A stretch of DNA of 64,000 nt from Candidatus Zhuqueibacterota bacterium (GTDB lineage Bacteria > Zhuqueibacterota > Zhuqueibacteria > Residuimicrobiales > Oceaniaggregativiventaceae): contig WJMF01000020.1 in assembly GCA_014728085.1 (NCBI GenBank), positions 74,608-138,607 of the forward strand, read 5' to 3'. Within the stretch, counting starts at the first letter, position 1, and the number at the start of each line of letters is the position of its first letter. Positions 38,748 to 46,603 of the stretch are shown here, one piece after another. Both the position numbers and the translations under genes were made by a program. The notes under the pieces were generated by a model. It saw nothing but the letters and a program-made list of their open reading frames with translations, had not been told where the DNA came from and searched no databases.

Positions 38748-39809
38748 ATGAAAAAACAACTCTACCTCTTTGCAACATTCACACTTTTACTTTTGCTGCT
38801 GCTTTCCTGTAGAGAAAAACAGGCTGATCACCAACGGATTAAACCCTTATTCGTGACGGAAAAAGTAAAACACGACAGCGATGATCCGGCTATCTGGATC
38901 AATCCAGCCGATACCAGCAAAAGCCTGATCATCGGAACCGACAAGAACAAGGATGGCGCTCTCTATGTGTTCGATCTTGAAGGAAAAATTATCGAGGACA
39001 AGGTCGTGTACCCTTTGCAACGCCCCAATAATGTCGATGTTGAATATGGTTTTATGCTCAATGGACAGGAAATAGATATTGCTGTTACGACCGAACGACT
39101 CACAAACAAACTTTTAATTTTCAAACTTCCGGAGATGCAGGCGATCGACAATAGCGGAATAAACGTCTTTGCCGGAGAAAGCCGGCGGGCGCCTATGGGG
39201 ATTGCACTTTATAAAAGAGCTTCGGATCAACAAATTTTCGCCATTGTTGGGCGAAAAGAAGGTCCGACGGATGGAACCTACCTCTGGCAATATCTTCTCA
39301 AAGATAACGGCGATGGAGCTGTTGTTGCTGAAAAAGTCAGGGCCTTTGGAGAGTGGAGCGGCAAGAAAGAGATCGAGGCCCTTTGTGTTGACGATGAACT
39401 CGGTTATGTCTACTATTCAGATGAAACCGTTGGTGTACGAAAGTATCATGCAGACCCGGATCATAAAGATGCCAACCGTGAATTGGCCCTTTTTGCCACC
39501 GAAGGGTTTGCGGAGGATCATGAAGGAATATCCATACTGGATAGCGGTGACGGAAAAGGATATATTCTGGTTTCGGACCAGCAGGCAGATGAATTTCATA
39601 TATTCACGCGCGAAGGCAGTGAACAGAATCCGCACGACCATCAACGGGTCAAAGTGGTCAAACTCTCAACCCATGAAAGTGACGGATCGGAAATCACAGC
39701 CTGCAGTTTTCAGCAAAAATTTCCCGGCGGTTTATTTGTCGCCATGTCGGATGACAAGACCTTTCACTATTACGCCTGGGAGCAATTGATCGGAAAAGCC
39801 GGCAATTAA
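38748..39809 (+). CDS. Beta-propeller phytase (3-phytase, BPP family) lipoprotein
   Basis: Lipobox LLLLLSC. DDPAIWINP motif, then TDKNKDGALYVFDLEGK. Collinear with Bacillus PhyC-type phytases. Confidence 0.75.
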   Translation: MKKQLYLFATFTLLLLLLLSCREKQADHQRIKPLFVTEKVKHDSDDPAIWINPADTSKSLIIGTDKNKDGALYVFDLEGKIIEDKVVYPLQRPNNVDVEYGFMLNGQEIDIAVTTERLTNKLLIFKLPEMQAIDNSGINVFAGESRRAPMGIALYKRASDQQIFAIVGRKEGPTDGTYLWQYLLKDNGDGAVVAEKVRAFGEWSGKKEIEALCVDDELGYVYYSDETVGVRKYHADPDHKDANRELALFATEGFAEDHEGISILDSGDGKGYILVSDQQADEFHIFTREGSEQNPHDHQRVKVVKLSTHESDGSEITACSFQQKFPGGLFVAMSDDKTFHYYAWEQLIGKAGN

Positions 39810-39822
39810 GCCGGCTTTTTCT
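39791..39822 (+). terminator. Rho-independent terminator after the phytase gene
   Basis: gaaaagccggcaattaagccggctttttc: a 9-bp stem, 5-nt loop and T-run. Confidence 0.5.
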
Positions 39823-39886
39823 TCCAGATTCGGAGTCAAGTCGGGAACTTTCCTGTTTCAGGGAAAATTTTTTGCAGCTAATACTA

Positions 39887-40108
39887 TCTTATGATCATCA
39901 TCTTTTTTGCCAATGTTCCGTCGGGAGTGGAGAGTTTGTAAAAATACAGGCCCGTCGCAACCGCTTTACCTGAAAAATCGCAGCCATTCCACCTGATTTC
40001 GTGTTTGCCCCGGCAAGCACCGGCAAACAAAACCGTCACCAAATTCCCCTGTATATATTTACCGTTCTGGTAATGCTGAACAAAATTTAGAGTTGCATTT
40101 TTGCGACT
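39887..40108 (-). pseudogene. Remnant of a T9SS C-terminal sorting domain (last 74 codons of a lost secreted-protein gene)
   Basis: Minus-strand frame *SRKNATLNFVQHYQNGKYIQGNLVTVLFAGACRGKHEIRWNGCDFSGKAVATGLYFYKLSTPDGTLAKKMMIIR* matches the distal half of the T9SS C-terminal domain (…G.H.I.WNG.D.SGK.VASGIYFYRL…KKMILLK). It lacks the PNPFNP start, has two upstream in-frame stops, and directly abuts the activator gene start. Confidence 0.5.
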
Positions 40109-40138
40109 CTATGGCTATTTTATTATAAGAATGCCAGC

Positions 40139-41545
40139 ATGACGTTTAACGTCAACAGAACTGTATACAATATGGTTGAAATGAAAACAAGTTTAGATCA
40201 AGACGTAACAAGAATTATACTGGAAAGTATATCCGATGGTGTCTTTACCGTCGATCACGACTGGCGTATAACTTCTTTTAATCGCGCAGCGGAAAAAATT
40301 ACCGGTATTCAGCGCCGGGAAGCAATCGGTAAAAAATGCTTTGAGGTCTTTCGTTCAAACATGTGCGAGACGGACTGTGCTCTGCGCCGGACTATGAGGG
40401 AGGGTAAACCCTTTATCGATACAAGCACTTATATTGTCAATGCTGACCAGGAACGAATTCCGGTAATTGTCTCCACCGCGCTTCTCAGGGATAAAAAGGG
40501 CGCTATTATCGGTGGTGTTGAGACATTTCGCGACATGACCATCATCGAGGCATTACGCCGCGAGCTGGATGGCCGTCATCAAATCGGAGATATGATCAGT
40601 CACAATGCAAAAATGCAGGAAATTTTTGCTATTCTGCCTCAAATTGCTGAAAGCGAAAGCACTGTTTTGATTCAGGGAGAAACAGGTACGGGTAAGGAAA
40701 TACTGGCGAAAGCAATTCATGAATTCAGTCCACGTAAAAACGCTGATTTTGTCGCCATAAATTGTGGCGCCCTTCCGGATTCCTTGCTGGAATCCGAGCT
40801 TTTTGGCTATAAAAAAGGGGCTTTTACCGGTGCCGTGCATGACAAGCCGGGCCGCCTGGCTGCGGCTGAAAGCGGCACGCTTTTCCTCGATGAAATTGGC
40901 AGCATCAGCCCCGCATTTCAGGTACGCCTATTGCGCGTCCTGCAGGAAAAAACCTATACCCCTCTGGGGAGTAACAAATTCAAGAATGCCGACATCCGCA
41001 TCATCGCTGCAACACACGACAATTTAGAAACCCTGGTGGATCAAAATCTCTTTCGAAAGGACCTCTTTTATCGCATTAATGTTATGAAACTGCAGCTCCC
41101 ACCGCTGAGAGAACGCAAAGAAGATATTCCCTTGCTGATCGAGCACATAATACACCGCCTGAATCACACCCGCAATAAATGTATCCAGGGTATCACTCAG
41201 GAAGCACTGGCCCTGCTGATGGTTTGTGAGTATCCCGGCAATATTCGGGAACTTGAAAATATCATAGAACATGCCTTTGTGCTCTGTACCAAAGAAGAAA
41301 TAGATATTTCCTCTCTGCCGGAGAATATACATCCCGGCTCTGATCCGCAATCAACAACCTCTGTAAAAAAAGCCCTCGAGATAGCCGAAGCAGAAACGAT
41401 TTTGCAACTGCTGAAACGCAATCACTATAATCGCTATAAAACAGCGCAAGACCTCGGCATTCATAAAAGCACACTCTTTCGAAAAATTAAAAAACTGGGA
41501 ATTAACCTGCCAAAAATCGATGGCCGCTCGACACACTCGCGCTAA
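40139..41545 (+). CDS. Sigma-54-dependent transcriptional activator (PAS sensor, AAA+ domain, Fis-type HTH)
   Basis: N-terminal PAS domain (ILESISDGVFTVDHDWRITSFNRAAEKITG...), Walker A GETGTGKE, GAFTGA ([14 protein letters not shown]), and an HTH (YKTAQDLGIHKSTLFRKIKKLGI). Confidence 0.9.
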   Translation: MTFNVNRTVYNMVEMKTSLDQDVTRIILESISDGVFTVDHDWRITSFNRAAEKITGIQRREAIGKKCFEVFRSNMCETDCALRRTMREGKPFIDTSTYIVNADQERIPVIVSTALLRDKKGAIIGGVETFRDMTIIEALRRELDGRHQIGDMISHNAKMQEIFAILPQIAESESTVLIQGETGTGKEILAKAIHEFSPRKNADFVAINCGALPDSLLESELFGYKKGAFTGAVHDKPGRLAAAESGTLFLDEIGSISPAFQVRLLRVLQEKTYTPLGSNKFKNADIRIIAATHDNLETLVDQNLFRKDLFYRINVMKLQLPPLRERKEDIPLLIEHIIHRLNHTRNKCIQGITQEALALLMVCEYPGNIRELENIIEHAFVLCTKEEIDISSLPENIHPGSDPQSTTSVKKALEIAEAETILQLLKRNHYNRYKTAQDLGIHKSTLFRKIKKLGINLPKIDGRSTHSR

Positions 41546-41578
41546 CAATGCAATCTTGCGTTTATAGCGATTAATCAA

Positions 41579-41594
41579 GTCGCAAATATGCGAC
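41579..41594. promoter_or_regulatory. Perfect 16-bp palindrome GTCGCAAATATGCGAC, a candidate enhancer (upstream activating sequence) for the adjacent activator
   Basis: A dyad about 85 bp upstream of the -24 element, which is typical placement for an enhancer-binding-protein site. A second partial dyad TGCAATCTTGCG sits at 41549-41560. Confidence 0.35.
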
Positions 41595-41679
41595 CCTGTT
41601 AAAATTTTAATCCAGACAGCAAAATTATAAATTATTAAAATACAGCTGGATAACCGCCTTCTCAACAGAGGCGAATGAT

Positions 41680-41695
41680 TGGCATTGTTGTTGCT
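41680..41695 (+). promoter_or_regulatory. Sigma-54 promoter: TGGCAT-N5-TTGCT
   Basis: tggcattgttgttgct has the canonical GG/GC spacing. It lies 30 nt upstream of the ATG at 41726. Confidence 0.6.
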
Positions 41696-41725
41696 TATAA
41701 TCCAATGAAAAAGGGAACCAAATCC

Positions 41726-42103
41726 ATGAAAGTAGGCATTACAGTCTGGCAAAACCGGATTTCTCCGGTATTTGATGTCGCTAAACACGTCAAGGTAATT
41801 CGGCTCGATAACAACGCCGTCCAGATCAAGGATCTGGAAATGACATCTTCGCTGCCGCTGCAGCGCGCAGAGCTTCTTTCAAATGCCGGTATCAAGGTCT
41901 TAATCTGCGGAGCGATATCCGTTCCTTTTGCAAAAATGATTGCCGGCAGAAACATTAAAGTCATTCCTTTTATTGCCGGCGAGTTTTCAACTGTGCTCAA
42001 TGCCTATCTGAATAGCAATCTTGAACGCCCGGAATTTAATATGCCGGGATACCGGCGGCAACGTCGCCGGCGTTTTCACGGTGGCAGACCAAATGGTAGA
42101 TAG
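41726..42103 (+). CDS. NifX/NafY/NifB-C-terminal-like protein (dinitrogenase FeMo-cofactor-binding fold, PF02579-like) with an Arg-rich C-terminal tail
   Basis: MKVGITVWQNRISPVFDVAKHVKVIRLD...AELLSNAGIKVLICGAISVPFAKMIAGRNIKVIPF fits the family profile (ISP.FG.A..F..........L...GV.VLI.G.IG......L...GI.V). Tail RRQRRRRFHGGRPNGR. Confidence 0.7.
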   Translation: MKVGITVWQNRISPVFDVAKHVKVIRLDNNAVQIKDLEMTSSLPLQRAELLSNAGIKVLICGAISVPFAKMIAGRNIKVIPFIAGEFSTVLNAYLNSNLERPEFNMPGYRRQRRRRFHGGRPNGR

Positions 42104-42141
42104 AGAGATGAACCCGAAAACAATATAAAGGAGGTGAACAT

Positions 42142-42357
42142 ATGCCGAGAGGTGACGGAACCGGCCCCCGGGGACAAGGGCCGCAAACAGGACGCGGGAT
42201 GGGACCTTGTGGTGATAACAATTCTCCGCAAGCGAACAACAATCCAAATCCCAATGCTGGATGGGGTCGACGCCTTATTAATGGATTAAGCAATGCGTTT
42301 GGCCGCCGTCGCGGCCGTGGTCAGGGTCAGGGTCAGGGCCGCAAAGGTAATGATTAA
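42142..42357 (+). CDS. Small Gly/Arg-rich protein, DUF5320-like N-terminal motif only (71 aa)
   Basis: Strong ribosome-binding site AAGGAGGTGAACATATG. MPRGDGTGPRGQGPQTGRGMGPCGDNN then an N/P-rich linker and GRRRGRGQGQGQGRKG. No C-terminal coiled coil. Confidence 0.6.
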   Translation: MPRGDGTGPRGQGPQTGRGMGPCGDNNSPQANNNPNPNAGWGRRLINGLSNAFGRRRGRGQGQGQGRKGND

Positions 42358-42385
42358 TTATAACCTATTGGAAAGGAGGCATATC

Positions 42386-42742
42386 ATGCCCGCAGGAGAT
42401 GGGACAGGTCCCGCAGGAATGGGACCGATGACAGGCCGTGCTGCAGGATATTGCACCGGTTATGGCGTGCCCGGTCATATGAATCCGGGTCCCGGACGCG
42501 GTCGGGGATTCGGCCGCGGTATGAGAATGGGATTCCGCGGTGGCCGGGGGCCGATGTGGGGGCACGGATATTCGCCATATTGGTACGGAGCCCCTGTAGC
42601 ATATAACACACCCGCAACCGCAGCACCAACAGCACAACAGGAAATCGATGTCTTACGATCGCAGGCAGAATATTTTGAAAATATGCTCAAAGAGATCAGC
42701 CAGCGCATCGATGAACTGGAAAAACAAAAGACCGAGGAATAA
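42386..42742 (+). CDS. DUF5320-family-like protein (118 aa): conserved MPxGDGTGPxGxGPxTGR..C N-terminus, RG/GY-rich middle, C-terminal coiled coil
   Basis: Ribosome-binding site GAAAGGAGGCATATCATG. MPAGDGTGPAGMGPMTGRAAGYCTGYG...GRGRGFGRGMRMGFRGGRGPMWGHGYSPYWYG...EIDVLRSQAEYFENMLKEISQRIDELEKQK. Confidence 0.65.
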   Translation: MPAGDGTGPAGMGPMTGRAAGYCTGYGVPGHMNPGPGRGRGFGRGMRMGFRGGRGPMWGHGYSPYWYGAPVAYNTPATAAPTAQQEIDVLRSQAEYFENMLKEISQRIDELEKQKTEE

Positions 42743-42750
42743 GCAGGAAC

Positions 42751-42774
42751 GGGATTGCCTAAAATGCAATCCCG
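42751..42774 (+). terminator. Hairpin terminator after the DUF5320 gene
   Basis: GGGATTGC-ctaaaat-GCAATCCC: a perfect 8-bp stem. The downstream U-tract is weak. Confidence 0.4.
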
Positions 42775-42845
42775 CTTCTCCTTAACAGTAAAAACAACCC
42801 TGCAGCTGAGATCAATACAAAAAAGCATACGAAAAGGCGGCCAAA

Positions 42846-43556
42846 GTGACCAATCAAAAAAAAACAAAAACGAGTAAAGCAAAAATAAATTTCATCATCG
42901 ACGTTGTTCTCCTTATCCTGCTCTTTCTGATTGGCTCCATCGGCATTTTGATAAAATATGTGCTGCTTTCAGGACAAGAAAGCTGGGAAAAATATCACCA
43001 AAAAGTAGAACTGCTCTTATTCGGTTGGGATCGGCATCAATGGGGAACCCTGCATTTCATTCTTTCCGCGATTTTCATAGCACTGATCTTGCTTCATATC
43101 ATCTTGCACTGGAGCCAGGTGAAATGTCTCTTTAAACTTACCATTGCACCGAAAACAGCGCGTATTATTCTAACCAGTCTGTTTCTTTTCATCTGTTTGC
43201 TATTGTTGCTCTTGCCCTTTGTCTTGCCGATTGAAATCAATGTTGTCCCGACCGGCCAGGGCAGACAACACATACTCGAATCTGAAAAGAAAAAGTCCGG
43301 ACCGGAACCGCAAGGAATGGAGCAAAATCATTCCCCCAATCAAAAACATCAACCGGAAATCCAAGGCTATATGACCCTGGAAGATGTGGCAATTCAATAT
43401 GGAATATCTGCAGACACGCTGAAAAAACATCTCGGCATCGCTCAGAAGGTGCCAAACAAAAGCCGCCTCGGACATTTACGACGGCAATATCATTTTAAAA
43501 TGAGCACAATAGAACGCTTGATTCAGAAAAAATTGAACAACCCATCATCTCCTTAG
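42846..43556 (+). CDS. Membrane protein (three or four TM helices, DUF4405-like N-terminal region with a soluble C-terminal domain)
   Basis: TM helices with HW/HxxxH features (LHFILSAIFIALILLHIILHW). GTG start at 42846. Confidence 0.45.
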   Translation: MTNQKKTKTSKAKINFIIDVVLLILLFLIGSIGILIKYVLLSGQESWEKYHQKVELLLFGWDRHQWGTLHFILSAIFIALILLHIILHWSQVKCLFKLTIAPKTARIILTSLFLFICLLLLLLPFVLPIEINVVPTGQGRQHILESEKKKSGPEPQGMEQNHSPNQKHQPEIQGYMTLEDVAIQYGISADTLKKHLGIAQKVPNKSRLGHLRRQYHFKMSTIERLIQKKLNNPSSP

Positions 43557-43740
43557 AACAATAATCAAAGCAGAATCATCGACAACAAACTCTCTTTCCA
43601 GACACACTGTTAAATTAACAATTCTTTCATATAATGGCAAAATAAAAGGACCAGGGCCGAATTTTTGGTTGCGCTTTATTCTCTTTTATAATATAATAAG
43701 AATAAATAACAGTCTGAGGATAACATTCGGGAATGAAAAA

Positions 43741-44457
43741 ATGCTGCGCGAATGGCGCATGAAACTCAAGAATTTCCGGCGGCGTATCACCTATTCGGAA
43801 ACCTTTACGGCTATAGTCGCCGGTATGGCCACAGCTCTTTTCTATCTTTTGACCAAAACGCTGAGAATGGAATATGATTTTGATCCGGAATTCACAAAGC
43901 TGGATCGTCAAAAAATCTGTTATGGCTTTTGGCATGGACGTCTCTTCCTCCTGGTCACCAGTTTCGGGGATTGGAACGTATGCATACCAACCAATGAAGC
44001 ATGGGCCGGAGATATTTTAACCAAAAGCCTGCGCCATTATGGCTTTGTTCCGGTACGGGGATCCAGCCGCAGCGGTGGCGTAAGAGCACTCCTCAACATG
44101 AAAAAAAAGATGACAGAAGAAAAATGTTCAGGCGCCATCGCTATGGATGGCCCCAGTGGACCAATTTATAAAGCCAAACCCGGGATTCTCTTTCTGGCTG
44201 AAAAAATGGGCTACCCAATTGTACCCCTGACCGCAAGCGCGGAAAAAAAGTGGGTGTTAAAATCAACCTGGGACCAGTTTGAAATCCCAAAGCCTTTTTC
44301 CCGCTGCTGTGTGGCCATGGGAAAACCCATTTACGTTACTCATCCTGCACAAAAAATTGAGCTCGAGGAACTGGAACAAATCATGCTGGACTGGCTCGTC
44401 ACAATCGATAAACGCATGGGGAATACCACCACTATTAATATGCTTCAAAAGTCATAA
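43741..44457 (+). CDS. Lysophospholipid acyltransferase-family protein (DUF374)
   Basis: ICYGFWHGRLFLL...GGVRALLNMKKKMTEEKCSGAIAMDGPSGPIYKAKPGILFLAEKMGYPIVP is the typical DUF374/LPLAT core. Confidence 0.6.
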   Translation: MLREWRMKLKNFRRRITYSETFTAIVAGMATALFYLLTKTLRMEYDFDPEFTKLDRQKICYGFWHGRLFLLVTSFGDWNVCIPTNEAWAGDILTKSLRHYGFVPVRGSSRSGGVRALLNMKKKMTEEKCSGAIAMDGPSGPIYKAKPGILFLAEKMGYPIVPLTASAEKKWVLKSTWDQFEIPKPFSRCCVAMGKPIYVTHPAQKIELEELEQIMLDWLVTIDKRMGNTTTINMLQKS

Positions 44458-44616
44458 TGCAAAACGGTACAAATCCGTGCTACAACACGAATTCTATCAC
44501 ATCGGCCACCCGGGATTGATGAGGCGTCTATTGGGATCAAAAGCATTGGCTTGTGATCAACTGTCATCCTTCTGGATAACCACAACCGCAGTAATGGTTA
44601 CAAGCCAACCGGCCGT

Positions 44617-45768
44617 CTAAAATTCCACCTCTACCGAATATACATTTGGCACACCATTCCGGTCGCTGCTGAACATGATCATCTTGCCCTGCGGATGGAA
44701 ATGCGGGTGCGGATGGGATTCCTGTGACTCCCAGCTGGACTGATGTCGGAATAATTTTTCCACCTTGTCAATCTTTCTCTCTTTTATCGTCAACAGTGTT
44801 AAAATCATCCCGTCATATATATCGGTCACCCAATGACGATTGTCTTTATAAAGCTGTGAATGTGCATATCTGACCGGAGCCGCACATCGCCAGGGATCAC
44901 TGCCGTCAGGCTTACAACTACCGATAAATTGTTTCCCCTTGTGAGGACCATATTTGTAACGCGCGGAAAATCCAATTCTGGATCCATCATAATACCAAAA
45001 CTCGTGTGTTCTGTGAATACCGAACGGTTGCGGATTTACCGGGCCACCGGCAGTTCCATTGATGTTGAGCCACCAAATACGGATCGGGGTGTATCCGATC
45101 ACACCTGCATCTTCTTCATCGCTGTGATGCTGCCAGCAATAGCTCAACAAAGAGGAATCCATCGGGTTTGCCTGTAAATGTCCGATAACAAAACCGTACG
45201 GAGGAGAAATTTGTGTCATTTCACCTGTCTCCGCATCAACCTTGAATATGGCATAGGGACCAATATTACGGGGATTCATTTTATCACCAATATCGGCAGA
45301 AACGAGAATGTTTCGAGCGTCACAGCTCACGGTCATAGAGTAAGGAACAAAAGGCAATGTTTTTATCGTCTCACACTCCAGCGATTCGGTGTCAAGCGCT
45401 TTGATTCGGTTCCCATTTACATACCAGAGTGTTTGATGCTGCGGCCAGTGCCAGACCAGATACGGACGGATCGTCGTCTCATCCGTCATCTGAATCATGT
45501 TACCGGTTAATAAATCCAGATTATAGAAATTGGGGACACCATTTCGTTCTGAAATGATGATGGCGTGCTGAGAGTCAATAAAGGTTTCGATATTAAAATA
45601 AAGATGCCAGCTTTTGGCTTGGTGATCGGTCCATTGGGTAATTCTATGTCCATACTCCTGATCAATCCAGGTTGAACGTTCAGAAGGCCATATTTTTCCA
45701 ATGTCTGCAGCAGCAAGGAATTGCCCGTATAAAAAGAAAAGGATAAAGAAAGAATAACAGATTTTCAT
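44617..45768 (-). CDS. Secreted beta-propeller protein, oligogalacturonide-lyase (PL22)-like
   Basis: Signal peptide and His-rich HPHPHFHP metal-site-like motif, with a TolB-like C-terminal blade (MIMFSSDRNGVPNVYSVEV). Family call is tentative. Confidence 0.4.
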   Translation of the reverse strand: MKICYSFFILFFLYGQFLAAADIGKIWPSERSTWIDQEYGHRITQWTDHQAKSWHLYFNIETFIDSQHAIIISERNGVPNFYNLDLLTGNMIQMTDETTIRPYLVWHWPQHQTLWYVNGNRIKALDTESLECETIKTLPFVPYSMTVSCDARNILVSADIGDKMNPRNIGPYAIFKVDAETGEMTQISPPYGFVIGHLQANPMDSSLLSYCWQHHSDEEDAGVIGYTPIRIWWLNINGTAGGPVNPQPFGIHRTHEFWYYDGSRIGFSARYKYGPHKGKQFIGSCKPDGSDPWRCAAPVRYAHSQLYKDNRHWVTDIYDGMILTLLTIKERKIDKVEKLFRHQSSWESQESHPHPHFHPQGKMIMFSSDRNGVPNVYSVEVEF

Positions 45769-45862
45769 CTTAAAACCTTTGATGTTTTCATATTTTTAAA
45801 TAAATTACAAATTATAACGAGTATGTCAATTCTTTATTACATAAAACCATAGGGGTTTTGTT

Positions 45863-46582
45863 ATGAAAAAATATATATCTATTCTGCTGTTTGGCCCTCT
45901 GATTGTTATAAACAGTTCCTGTGATATCTTTTTAAAAGAGGTTTCCGAATTTACCATGACGATATATCCGGATTCCATGCAGGCGATTGCCGGGCAAAAA
46001 TGTGCTTTTCTCATCCAGGCGGAAAACAGAATCGACGGTAGAGCAATGAAAGATGCCATTAGTATCTCCGCAAACCCATCCACAAACGTAACCATTAACC
46101 CGGGCTCATTAAAAAGCGGAGAAATCGCTGAGATTACCATTACCCCCTCTTCAGCGGATATCAATAAAACACTTTACTATAAAATAAGAACAAAACGGGA
46201 AGGTTTTGAACAGGAAGAGACAATAGGCGTTAAAGTGGTGAGCGGTACGGATCAATTCGCCGGTACAGCTGTCCAGATAAGGGACCGGTTTGTATCCTAT
46301 CTGGAAACCTATCAATCCCATTTGGGTATCACCGGTAACACAGAGTGGACGGGAACGATCGTAACCCCGAATTTGACCGTGGTGTCCAATTATCTTTTCT
46401 TTTCCGACAACTGGGAAATGGGAGTAACCTGGCACGTCACGGTTGCGCCAAACGATTGGGCCAAAATTTATCTTCGACGCCGATATTCTGAAATCAGGCC
46501 ATCGCATGCATTCAGGATTTCTTCTCTGTCTGCTGCCGCTTCTCCTGTCCCCTCATCCGTTCCCTACAATGTCATTCGATAA
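45863..46582 (+). CDS. Hypothetical lipoprotein
   Basis: AGGGG ribosome-binding site. Signal peptide with an SSC lipobox. No recognised domain. Confidence 0.4.
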   Translation: MKKYISILLFGPLIVINSSCDIFLKEVSEFTMTIYPDSMQAIAGQKCAFLIQAENRIDGRAMKDAISISANPSTNVTINPGSLKSGEIAEITITPSSADINKTLYYKIRTKREGFEQEETIGVKVVSGTDQFAGTAVQIRDRFVSYLETYQSHLGITGNTEWTGTIVTPNLTVVSNYLFFSDNWEMGVTWHVTVAPNDWAKIYLRRRYSEIRPSHAFRISSLSAAASPVPSSVPYNVIR

Positions 46583-46603
46583 CGCTTAATCGGGAGAAAT
46601 CAA

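Noticed and set aside
41351-41788. A 145-aa minus-strand ORF that overlaps the end of the PAS activator gene and the sigma-54 promoter region
   Set aside because: It overlaps a strongly supported activator gene and the promoter or enhancer elements. It has no ribosome-binding site or motif.
42293-42385. The N-terminal extension (MRLAAVAAVVRVRVRAAKVMINYNLLERRHI) of track ORF 42293..42742
   Set aside because: It overlaps the 3' end of the upstream DUF5320-like gene in another frame. The conserved MPAGDGTGP motif begins exactly at ATG 42386, directly after a strong GGAGG ribosome-binding site.
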